Source: Macrostomum hystrix
Lineage: Eukaryota; Animalia; Platyhelminthes
Assembly: GCA_950097015.1 (NCBI GenBank)
Contig: CATNEN010000039.1
Location: 18,166,001-18,230,000, forward strand
Length of the DNA: 64,000 bases
Direction: 5' to 3'
Part shown: piece by piece, positions 49,603 through 61,550 of the stretch
Position numbering within the stretch: the first letter of the stretch is position 1
Layout of the letters: every line of letters begins with the position of its first letter
Notes under the pieces: generated by a model
Seen by the model: the letters and a program-made list of their open reading frames with translations, nothing else
The model's database searches: none
Told to the model about the DNA's origin: nothing
Program-made: the position numbers and the translations under genes

Positions 49603-52460
49603 AACCTCAGCTACCAGACCTCACGAACCTCAGCTACCAGACCTCACGAACCTCAGCTACCAGACCTCACGAACCTCAGCTACCAGACCTCACGAACCTC
49701 AGCTACCAGACCTCACGAACCTCAGCTACCAGACCTCACGAACCTCAGCTACCAGACCTCACGAACCTCAGCTACCAGACCTCACGAACCTCAGCTACCA
49801 GACCTCACGAACCTCAGCTACCAGACCTCACGAACCTCAGCTACCAGACCTCACGAACCTCAGCTACCAGACCTCACGAACCTCAGCTACCAGAACTCAC
49901 GAACCTCAGCTACCAGACCTCACGAACCTCAGCTACCAGACCTCACGAACCTCAGCTACCAGACCTCACGAACCTCAGCTACCAGACCTCACGAACCTCA
50001 GCTACCAGAACTCACGAACCTCAGCTACCAGACCTCACGAACCTCAGCTACCAGACCTCACGAACCTCAGCTACCAGACCTCACGAACCTCAGCTACCAG
50101 AACTCACGAACCTCAGCTACCAGACCTCACGAACCTCAGCTACCAGACCTCACGAACCTCAGCTACCAGAACTCACGAACCTCAGCTACCAGACCTCACG
50201 AACCTCAGCTACCAGACCTCACGAACCCCAGCTACCAGAACTCACGAACCTCAGCTACCAGACCTCACGAACCTCAGCTACCAGACCTCACGAACCTCAG
50301 CTACCAGACCTCACGAACCTCAGCTACCAGACCTCACGAACCTCAGCTACCAGACCTCACGAACCTCAGCTACCAGACCTCACGAACCTCAGCTACCAGA
50401 ACTCACGAACCTCAGCTACCAGAACTCACGAACCTCAGCTACCAGACCTCACGAACCTCAGCTACCAGAACTCACGAACCTCAGCTACCAGACCTCACGA
50501 ACCTCAGCTACCAGAACTCACGAACCTCAGCTACCAGAACTCATGAACCTCAGCTACCAGACCTCACGAACCTCAGCTACCAGACCTCACGAACCTCAGC
50601 TACCAGACCTCACGAACCTCAGCTACCAGACCTCACGAACCTCAGCTACCAGACCTCACGAACCTCAGCTACCAGAACTCACGAACCTCAGCTACCAGAC
50701 CTCACGAACCTCAGCTACCAGACCTCACGAACCTCAGCTACCAGACCTCACGAACCTCAGCTACCAGACCTCACGAACCTCAGCTACCAGACCTCACGAA
50801 CCTCAGCTACCAGAACTCACGAACCTCAGCTACCAGACCTCACGAACCTCAGCTACCAGACCTCACGAACCTCAGCTACCAGACCTCACGAACCTCAGCT
50901 ACCAGAACTCACGAACCTCAGCTACCAGACCTCACGAAACTCAGCTACCAGAACTCACGAACCTCAGCTACCAGAACTCACGAACCTCAGCTACCAGACC
51001 TCACGAACCTCAGCTACCAGAACTCACGAACGTCAGCTACCAGACCTCACGAACCTCAGCTACCAGAACTCACGAACCTCAGCTACCAGACCTCACGAAC
51101 CTCAGCTACCAGAACTCATGAACCTCAGCTACCAGACCTCACGAACCTCAGCTACCAGAACTCATGAACCTCAGCTACCAGACCTCACGAACCTCAGCTA
51201 CCAGACCTCACGAACCTCAGCTACCAGACCTCACGAACCTCAGCTACCAGAACTCATGAACCTCAGCTACCAGACCTCACGAACCTCAGCTACCAGAACT
51301 CATGAACCTCAGCTACCAGACCTCACGAACCTCAGCTACCAGACCTCACGAACCTCAGCTACCAGACCTCACGAACCTCAGCTACCAGAACTCACGAACC
51401 TCAGCTACCAGACCTCACGAACCTCAGCTACCAGACCTCACGAACCTCAGCTACCAGACCTCACGAACCTCAGCTACCAGACCTCACGAACCTCAGCTAC
51501 CAGACCTCACGAACCTCAGCTACCAGACCTCACGAACCTCAGCTACCAGAACTCACGAACCTCAGCTACCAGAACTCATGAACCTCAGCTACCAGACCTC
51601 ACGAACCTCAGCTACCAGACCTCACGAACCTCAGCTACCAGAACTCATGAACCTCAGCTACCAGACCTCACGAACCTCAGCTACCAGAACTCATGAACCT
51701 CAGCTACCAGACCTCACGAACCTCAGCTACCAGAACTCATGAACCTCAGCTACCAGACCTCACGAACCTCAGCTACCAGACCTCACGAACCTCAGCTACC
51801 AGACCTCACGAACCTCAGCTACCAGACCTCACGAACCTCAGCTACCAGAACTCACGAACCTCAGCTACCAGAACTCATGAACCTCAGCTACCAGACCTCA
51901 CGAACCTCAGCTACCAGAACTCATGAACCTCAGCTACCAGACCTCACGAACCTCAGCTACCAGAACTCATGAACCTCAGCTACCAGACCTCACGAACCTC
52001 AGCTACCAGAACTCATGAACCTCAGCTACCAGACCTCACGAACCTCAGCTACCAGACCTCACGAACCTCAGCTACCAGACCTCACGAACCTCAGCTACCA
52101 GACCTCACGAACCTCAGCTACCAGACCTCACGAACCTCAGCTACCAGACCTCACGAACCTCAGCTACCAGACCTCACGAACCTCAGCTACCAGACCTCAC
52201 GAACCTCAGCTACCAGAACTCACGAACCTCAGCTACCAGACCTCACGAACCTCAGCTACCAGACCTCACGAACCTCAGCTACCAGACCTCACGAACCTCA
52301 GCTACCAGAACTCATGAACCTCAGCTACCAGACCTCACGAACCTCAGCTACCAGAACTCATGAACCTCAGCTACCAGACCTCACGAACCTCAGCTACCAG
52401 AACTCATGAACCTCAGCTACCAGACCTCACGAACCTCAGCTACCAGACCTCACGAACCTC
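49603..52460. repeat. 23-bp minisatellite, about 124 copies
   Basis: Unit AACCTCAGCTACCAGA(C/A)CTCA(C/T)G. Confidence 0.99.
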
Positions 52461-53338
52461 TTGAGTTACTCGTACTAAGCAGGGCTTAACGGAGAATAGC
52501 AAGACAAAGCAAAACTAACCCAAGAAATCAGTCATTAAACTGGTTAGCAGTTTCATCAATCAAAGTTGTCACTTATTCACAGCCTAAGGGAATAATAATT
52601 ATAGCACATGATGCTAGCCTGGAATGGATTATAAGCCCCTTAAATCCCTAATCAGAGTTGATAAAAGACAAAAAATTTCTTCAAATTAAAATTTAGTATT
52701 TCCAAAAGTTTCTAAAAACACGATATAATTGTAGTGTGCTGTGCTTAAATCAACACTGAAGCATAGCATTTTCAATGCACTCTGTATGCTAGTGTATCTC
52801 ATTTACTCCAACTCCAACACGGAGCTATAGGCTACCTCTTGAAATTGTCAGTCAGACACATTGTGCAGTAGTTCACTGCCACTATTTAGCTACTTTAGCT
52901 GCAAATGGGTGCTTATTACAGAGGGTTATAACTGAGCACAGTAAAGATATACGAGTATGTGAGTAGGTGTTTTTGGCAAATACTATACGCGTAACTGTAT
53001 GGTTGAAATAGACCATACTGCCTACTAGTCTGTGCGATTTTTTACCCATGTCAAATAGAAATTTAGTCGTTTAATTTAGGATTCAGAAGAATTTTTCAAA
53101 GATGTTACCTTTTTTGACTGTGTGTGGATTTTTTCATTTTCATCAAGTCACATTGATTGACTGCTTGCCAATAACAGTTTGGCTGTAAATTTCGTGACAC
53201 TTTTCACAACAGATGTTAAGAAATAGACAAGATTCAGCTAGCTGTGGAAAGTACTTTTGTTGCTACCCGTCTCACTTTGATGCTAATTTTGTTTTATAAA
53301 AATAGACATTAAGAATGCAGCAGATAAGAGCAGATTCT

Positions 53339-54175
53339 AGAAGAGATGAGAAGATGTGAGAAGAGATGAGAAAGTGTGAGAAGAGATGAGAAGGTGTGAG
53401 AAGAGATGAGAAGATGTGAGAAGAGCTGAGAAGATGTGAGAAGAGCTGAGAAGATGTGAGAGGAGCTGAGAAGATGTGAGAAGAGATGAGAAGATGTGAG
53501 AAAAGATGAGAAGATCTGAGAAGAGATGAGAAGATGTGAGAAAAGATGAGAAGATCTGAGAAGAGATGAGAAGATGTGAGAAAAGATGAGAAGATCTGAG
53601 AAGAGATGAGAAGATGTGAGAAGAGATGAGAAGATGAGAGAAGAGATGAGAAGATGTGAGAAGAGATGAGAAGATGTGAGAAGAGATGAGAAGATGATAG
53701 AAGAGATGAGAAGATGTGAGAAGAGATGACAATAAATGAGAAGAGATGAGAAGATGTGAGAAGATATGACAACAAATGAGAAGAGATGAGAAGGTGTGAG
53801 AAGAGATGAGAAGATGTTAGAAGAGATGAGAAGATGTGAGAAAAGATGAGAAGATGTGAGAAGAGATGAGAAGATGTTAGAAGAGATGAGAAGATGTGAG
53901 AAAAGATGAGAAGATGTGAGAAGAGATGAGAAGATCTGAGAAGAGATGAGAAGATGTGAGAAAAGATGAGAAGATCTGAGAAGAGATGAGAAGATGTGAG
54001 AAAAGATGAGAAGATCTGAGAAGAGATGAGAAGATGTGAGAAAAGATGAGAAGATGTGAGAAGAGATGAGAAGATCTGAGAAGAGATGAGAAGATGTGAG
54101 AAAAGATGAGAAGATCTGAGAAGAGATGAGAAGATGTGAGAAAAGATGAGAAGATGTGAGAAGATGTGAGAAGAC
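53339..54175. repeat. 20-bp (2x10) purine-rich minisatellite
   Basis: Unit AAGAGATGAGAAGATGTGAG. Confidence 0.96.
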
Positions 54176-55215
54176 ATGGAAAGATATATAGAAGAAATAA
54201 GTATTTGAAGAACCGTACAAGGAGAGGTTAAAATGCGTTGCCGTGAGAAACGTAATTTAGAAGGAGAGTGGCGATGACAGGGTATCCAGTGCTGATGGAC
54301 AGGCTAGATCCCTTGGCGGATGTGAGGAACCAGAAGTAAGCAGCTCAGTGAAGTCGCATTAGTGAGCGTGAGTGTGCTGTCTAAAACTGGCAATTTGTAG
54401 ATGTTTGAATTCGGACTGAGCGAAACGGCTCAATGTAAAATGGGATGTGAAAGTTGCACCTGCCTACCCAACAGACCAACCCACGCCGCCGAAACCCCCT
54501 CCCCAGAAATATGGAATCTTCTTCTCGCGCTTATTAACCGACTAAATTGCGAAGCGGAGGGTGAGTCGGGTGGCTACAGTTAAGCAGGTAATTCTAGCTG
54601 AGCCGACAAGTGGAAGTGAGGCCTTTAGCACTTTGGAATCGGAGCTAAAAGCCCAGGCAGCAGCAGCAGCAGCAGCAGCAGCAGCTTCAGTACTATTCCA
54701 GAGTTTGATATGGAATTTACGGCTGCGCTTCCATCAGCATTAAGACTCAAGCAAGCCAGCCAATCGCATGTCCAATGACACACCATTAGAACACTTTACT
54801 AACCAACCCATGCTGCTTATCTGTTTCATACCGTGCAATTAAGCAATAATTGCTGCCTCTGAGGGTTGCACAGCCGCAATGCAGCGCGTGTTTTTCGTGT
54901 CTTTATTTATTTTTTCCGGTTCTAAAACTACGCCAGGAGAAGACGTTTTAATACTCTCAAATTATTCTTTGCATTGAGTATACAAGTTGACTCGGGGGTG
55001 AAAATTTATAGAAGAGTTTTGTATTCTAAACGATAACTCTCAAATACTTATGCAATGCAGAAAAAAATATCAAATTAAATAATATTCGTTCGCACTACTT
55101 ATCGTAAGATACTAAGTAGGCTTATAAGCCTGTATCAATCTAAAAAAAAAGATAGCGAAAGTTCAAGTTAAGCGTAGGCATTGCAGATTTGAATATAAAA
55201 CGTGAGGTGCCACCC

Positions 55216-55686
55216 TAGGAGGTAGGGAATCGAAGGTAGGAGGTATGGAATCGAAGGAAGGAGGTAGGGAATCGCAGGTAGAAGGTAGGGAATCGCAGGT
55301 AGAAGGTAGGGAATCGAAGGTAGGAGCTAGGGAATCGAAGGTAGGAGGTATGGAATCTAAGGTAGGAGGTTGGGAATCGAAGGTAGGAGGTTGGGAATCG
55401 AAGGTAGGAGGTAGGGACGAAACTAGGAGTTTATGAAATGCAGGGTTAGGTATCGAACGTTGGAGGTAGGGAATAGAAGGTAGGAGGATGGGAATCGCAG
55501 GTAGGAGGTAGGGAATCACAGTTAGGAGGTAGGGAATCGAAGGTATCAGGTTGGGTATCGAACGTATGAAGTTGGAAATCGAAGGTAGAAGGTAGGGAAT
55601 CGAACGTAGGAGGTTGGGAATCGAAGGTAGAAGTTAGGAATTGAAGGTAGGAGGTAGGGAATCGCAGGTAGGAGGTAGGGAATCGG
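55216..55686. repeat. 21-bp minisatellite
   Basis: Unit GGGAATCGAAGGTAGGAGGTA. Confidence 0.92.
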
Positions 55687-56039
55687 TATTGTTAGGTATT
55701 GCAGGTGTGCCGGAGTATGCAGTCTCAAATGCGTTGCCATAGTGATGTTGCATAGGCAAGCCTCGTTAAATCCACGGGAGCAATTAGAGGCCTCGACGCG
55801 AGGAACTCAGACTACCCCCCTTACTAATGAGAACTCAGTCTAAACTCAAAGGCTTTGTCAGGTACAAATACGCGAATCCGACACTAATTCAAGGTATAGC
55901 GTGGATGAATTTGTTTTGCTGAGTTGGGTCGCTTCGTCTTTAATGCGAATACAGATTTGTAAGACCAGATATGAATATGATTGCAATAACGAAATGCTTG
56001 CTAACGATTAATATTCTTCCCCGTTCCAATTGACCCTCT

Positions 56040-56910
56040 TTTCATTCTTCCCTCTTCAAATTCCCATTCTCGCCTCCTTAAGTTCCCATTCTCCCCTCTT
56101 CAAGTTCTCATTCTCCCCTCTTCAAATTCCCATTCTCTCCTCTTTTCTAGTTCCCATTCTTCCCTCTTTAAGTTCCCATTCTCTCCTCTTCAAATTTCCA
56201 TTCTCCCCTCTTCAAATTCCCATTCTTCCCTCTTCAAGTTCCCATTCTCCCCTCTTCATGTTCCCATTCTCTCCTCTTTTCTAGTTTACATTATCCCCTC
56301 TTCAAGTTCCCATTCTCTACTCTTTTCTAGTTCCCATTCTCTCCTCTTCAAGTTTCCATTCTCCCCGCTTCAAATTCACATTCTCCCCCTCTTCAAAGTC
56401 ACATTCTCTCCTCTTTTCTAGTTTCCATTCTCCCCTCTTCAAGTTCCAATTCTCCCCTCTTTAAGTTCCAATTCTCCCCTCTTTAAGTTCCCGTTCTCCC
56501 CTCTTCAAGTTCCCATTCTCTCCTCTTCAAGTTCCCATTCTCTCCTCTTCAAGTTCCCATTCTCTCCTCTTCAAGTTCCCATTCTCCCCGCTTCAAGTTC
56601 CCATTCTCTCCTCTTTTCTAGTTTCCATTCTCCCCTCTTCAAGTTCCAATTCTCCCCTCTTCAAGTTCCAATTCTCCCCTCTTTAAGTTCCCGTTCTCCC
56701 CTCTCCGAATTCCCATTCTCCCCTTTCCGAATTCCTATTCTCCCCTCTTCAAATTCCCATTCTCCCCTTTCTGAATTCCTATTCTCCCCTTCTCCAGTTC
56801 CCATTTTCCCCTCTTCAAATTAACATTCCCCCATCTTCTAGTTCCTATTCTCGACTCTTAAAATTCCTATTGTCTCATCTTCCAATTCCCATTTCCCTTC
56901 TTCCAGTTAC
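56040..56910. repeat. 22-bp minisatellite
   Basis: Unit TTCCCATTCTCCCCTCTTCAAG. Confidence 0.94.
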
Positions 56911-57468
56911 CATCAAATTGGTTTCTCGTGTTTCTAATTTCTCTGAATAAAAGCAATGTCTTCTATTTAACTAAAAACCTGATTTATATCAAAGCACAGC
57001 AAATTTCAATGCAACAGAACCAGCTGCCTTCATGTTAACAAACATTTTAATGCGCAAGCAATTTGTATATTTCAATTTAGTAAAAAACAACAAAACAAGG
57101 AATCTATAAATAACACTGCCGAGTTGGAATCGTAGGCAGATCCTCATTACTCTCTTCCCTTATCAATATCTCTTCTACCTATCTTACTCATGAGTCGATT
57201 GACAGAGTGTAAACTGCCTGACGCCACCATCTGCCAATCTATCCTTAGTTGTTGTCGTTAAATGACTAGAAACGAGTCTAAAAAAATAACAAGCAAGTCA
57301 ACAGCAACAACGCAACGGAACAACAAATACTGACAATAATAGTGCAAGAAACAGTTACCAAGCAATAAAAAAGGTGCAGTACTACTTATTAGATTTTATA
57401 TAAAGCAAAAGCTTTCATCAGTAATGCAATCTAGCTAGTTGCCCAGTGTGATAGTTACACACTACATA

Positions 57469-60400
57469 TCATTCTGTCTCGCCAGAATCAACCTGGGAGA
57501 CATTGCTATCTCCGCTGCCTAGCACATCTGGCGGCTCTTCTTGATGTTCGGCTTTGATGTTGCCGCCGCCGAATCGTACCTTCGATAGCGCCTTCGCCGC
57601 TGCCTTTTCGGCCCGCTCGGCGGTCGACTCGGCTGTTTTAGCGGCCGTCTCCAACGCCGCAGCTTCGGCTTCGGCCGCGTCGGCCACGGCGCGCGCTTCG
57701 TCGGCGCGTTTTCGAGCCTCGTCAGCCCGACTGCGAGCGGCGCTAGCCTCAGTGCGAGCAGCGCTGGCGGCAGATTCAGCCTTGGCGGCCGCCTCGGCGG
57801 CGTCGGTGGCGTTAGCAGCCTCATCTTTCAGCCGCTGTTGCCTCAGCTTGGCACACTCCTGCTTGTGCACCGGCCAGTTCAAACGCTGACATCGCGGACC
57901 ACAGTATCTGAGCGTGTGAAGTATATATATTAAGTACACTTTCCTTCTGACTAATGACCTTGAGATAAATCACGCATAGAACGCATGCCCTGATGTTATT
58001 TGTCATGTATTTTTATACTCGTACTACCGCGTGGCCAATTAAAATGGCGACCTTGAACAAGCACGCAGCGGACTTAAATCACGCCGTAGACGCGTGTTTA
58101 AGAATGTTTAAACTGATCTTGACAAAAACGAACTCGAAGCGAATCACACACTCAGAGCATGTCACAAATTTATTTAGGAAAGTGCCTAAATAAAAAATGA
58201 CCTTGACGGTTGAAAGACCACGAGAAGGAATTTCAAATGGCCACATTTTTTCTGTATCTCCCAAAATATTCAACCAATCGCCATGAAAGTCCAGAACACG
58301 GGCTAAAATGGACTTTCACGAAAATCTGTCGTTCGGTTTTGAAGCTATCGTGAAGTAGGCAGCGGGAATTTGAAATAGCCCGTGGTCTTTCCCCATGGGT
58401 GAAATAGCATCTTATATCTACTGTTAAACAGTTTGACCTTGAATCACGCCACAAACGCGTGGCAGGCTAGCGCATGGATTTAAAAGCAACCGAATGCCGC
58501 AAATTACTCACTTCACAACGCGACAACCGGCGCAGTGTCGACATCCGACAAACTGATCGCAGACCTCGCAAGCGTCCTGATCGGCAAAGAACTGCTGCCC
58601 GTTGACGCCGCCGTTCAATACGCTGACAGCCGTGGGTCGGCAGCCGACCCGACTGCCAGCCAGACTGCGAATCATATTGCGCAGCAGGTTGCTCTCAGTG
58701 TAGGGATATTCGCGTAGGACGCGCCTAACCAGCTCCTCGGAGCCGCGGCCCGCCCTAGCCGGTCCAATCGGCTGGGTCAGACGGCGCAACGCTTGGTCCA
58801 GAGACTTAAACAAGGATTATTGCCAGAATATTTTAGAAGGCCTATGGTTTAGGCAATTAAAAGTAGAAGACCATGGGAGCTATTTCTTATACCCAATTTT
58901 TCTTGTTTTGAATCTAATACTGCTGACATTTTCCGCTCTATCTGATCAGGCAGCTTCCAGAATCACAAAACGTCGGCATCGTCGAGAAATTCAACGAAGG
59001 CATAAATACTCTATTCACGAAATTTCATCATGTAACCATGTCGGCCATTATTGTTGACTATATTGCATTGATTACATTGTTCCTTCTTAGATTATTGAAC
59101 CAATATGGATTCGCTAAAGAAGTTTATACAGAGCAATGCTAGTCGTCCTTGTCACCAGGGTCTTCGACAAGAATCGCTGAATATCTCGACGATGCTGGCT
59201 CGGACGGCTTTGAAAGCTAGTTCATCAGAAAGAACGGACAATTTTGTACTCAGATGGTCGACTTTCTTCGCGATATTTGGTCATTCGGTTCGGGAGCTAT
59301 AATGAAATAGACAGTGGGTATTCAAAATAGCCTTGTGGTCTTTGCCCAGGGGGGGGAATTAGCGTGGGAATTAGCCGGAGCTACTGTTAATAACATTTGG
59401 TTTGGTCCTTGTGAGTGTTGATTGCAAGGCAAGCTCCCAAACCTTCTCTGCGCCGAAATAATCTCTAGCGGCCTAGCCACGGAATCGAGCTCAGGGACCT
59501 TGGTGCGAGAGACATGCGTGTCGACCGCTTCGCTACTCAACCCTCTTGCGAGTGCAATATTGTTTTAGCGAAATGGTTGAAGCTTCAAACTAGAAAAATA
59601 TTTTGTCTCCACAAACAGTAACATCTTGATATCTCACCGGTTGTTTAACACCATTGCCATCAGCATCAGATCGACTGCGCTCCCATTCAGCTAGGAGATG
59701 TCGCACAGCTACAGACAGGTAGAAAAATTTGATGCTTAACACTTCGTTTAAATCGTGCCGCTTCCATTGGGATTCGGCTAGGAGTTCTAGAACACGTGGC
59801 ACAGCCGGGTTTAGCAGAGCAGGTCGCGACTCCAGCGTGTAACACAGGTGAGCCGGATTCAAATTCACGTCTGTCACCAGAGTCCAGGCGTCCTCTGTAC
59901 CGGAATTGGGATGAACACAGAATGAACACGATTCACGCAAAAAGCGCGTGATTTTTGTTTTATTTGGAATGATGACCTTGAGTCATGAGTCACGTAAAAT
60001 TGAATTTGAATTTACAAAATTTGCGTCTGTTACTTTAGACCTGGATTAGAGAAGATTGTAAGTGACCTTGACTCACACAATCACTAAATGTCATTTTAAC
60101 AAACGTACTAGCTAGAAAGTGACCTTGACTCACACAAGCATCGCATGTCATTTTAACAAACGTACTAGCTAGAAAGTGACCTTGACTCACACAAGCATCG
60201 CATGTCATTTTAACAAACGTACTAGCTAGAAAGTGACCTTGACTCACACAAGCACCGCATGTCATTTTAACAAACGTACTAGCTAGAAAAGTGACCTTGA
60301 CTCACACAAGCATCGCATGTCATTTTAACAAACGTACTAGCTAGAAAGTGACATTGACTCACACAAGCATCGCATGTCATTTTAACAAACGTACTAGCTA

Positions 60401-61269
60401 GAAAGTGACATTGACTCACACAAGCACCGCATGTCATTTTAACAAATGTACTAGCTAGAAAGTACCCTTGACTCACACAAGCACCGCATGTCATTTTAAT
60501 AAATGTACTATCGAGAAAGTGACCTTGACTCACACAAGCACCGCATGTCATTTTAACAAACGTACTATCGAGAAAGTGACCTTGACTCACACAAGCACCG
60601 CATGTCATTTTAACAAACGTACTATCGAGAAAGTGACCTTGACTCGCACAAGCATCGCATGTCATTTTAACAAACGTACTAGCTAGAAAGTGACCTTGAC
60701 TCACACAAGCTCCGCGTGTTACTCATAAAGATAGGCTAAAAAGTGACCTTGAAATCAAACTATTGAACAAAACAAAGCCTCCATCACTCGCCTAGAAGCT
60801 CAGGCGGCAGTTTAGGCTCAGTCTCTAAGCCGTGACACTTGGTATAATGCTGAAGTTCTTCTCGCTCGAAATAGTTGCTAATTAGTGAGGCCATACGATG
60901 ATAGCCAACAAAGGCGGCCATTTGACTAGCGGTGCGGCCCAGTCGGTTAGTTTTGTAAGCCCGAGCACCACGACGCAGCAGGGCCAGGACAGTTGGCTCC
61001 GAGTTGCTGAGTGCGGCAAACATCAAAGCAGTGTAGCCATGCTCGTGACCATCCCAGTTGACATCGCCGGCGCCAGTGTCTGCTAAAAGGGCTACAAGAT
61101 CGGCCCGACCCTTAAAAGCGGCGTGCAGGAGTGGCGTCATGCCCTGCTCATCTGGGCGATTAGGATCAGCTCCAGCCAGCAGAGCTAGTCGGACAGCTTC
61201 AATGCCACCATTGCCACCTGGCTCAGCTGATGAAGCAGCCAAAATTAGTGACTCCTGGGGTGATGTAGC
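57469..61269 (-). CDS. ANKMY2: Ankyrin repeat and MYND domain-containing protein 2 (DAF-25-like); start codon exon not located
   Basis: Exons 61269-60792, 59894-59638, 58804-58512, 57907-57469 join in frame. Ankyrin repeats (GMTPLLHAAFKG, GYTALMFAALS, GRTASQMAAFVG), central EPKLP..NLNP..NEVLSIK..YPY motifs, and MYND finger CEVC..CAGCRVVKYCGPRCQRLNWPVHKQEC. Confidence 0.93.
60060..60755. repeat. 57-bp tandem repeat, about 12 copies, inside an ANKMY2 intron
   Basis: Unit AAAGTGACCTTGACTCACACAAGCATCGCATGTCATTTTAACAAACGTACTAGCTAG. Confidence 0.97.
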
Positions 61270-61459
61270 CTGAAGATTATGATCGAACTGCTACATAAAT
61301 ATACAGTGTTTAATGTATTGTACTTCATATCAATATATACATCATACAAAGTGAGATTTGAAATATTTTATATAGCTAGCTTGGCCTAAGGCCTTTGACC
61401 ATAATAAATATTTGAATCTAAATATCAACTAATTCACAAAACCAATATTTTTGTTTAAA

Positions 61460-61550
61460 TTCTAGCTCAAGGACTGCTTCAGTGGACTCAAGAATCAAAC
61501 TATGGAATTTCAAGTCATGAGTCCAACATTCTAGCCATATGGCTACAACC
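61460..61550 (-). mobile_element. Diverged tRNA-derived SINE head related to family B
   Basis: GTTGTAGCCATATGGCTAGA..GACTTGAA..GTTTGATTC..TCCAC aligns by eye with 45604-45671. Confidence 0.5.

Noticed and set aside
49530-52409. ORFs up to 701 aa
   Set aside because: 23-bp tandem repeat translation giving the same peptide in every frame.
54600-54745. (CTG)n tract as a poly-Leu signal peptide for the neuregulin-like gene
   Set aside because: I found no supporting ATG, and that frame reaches TAA shortly after without a convincing donor.
60035-60704. CxxC/His repeat ORFs resembling metal-binding repeats
   Set aside because: 57-bp intronic tandem repeat with a frameshift; the flanking ANKMY2 exons join in frame without it.
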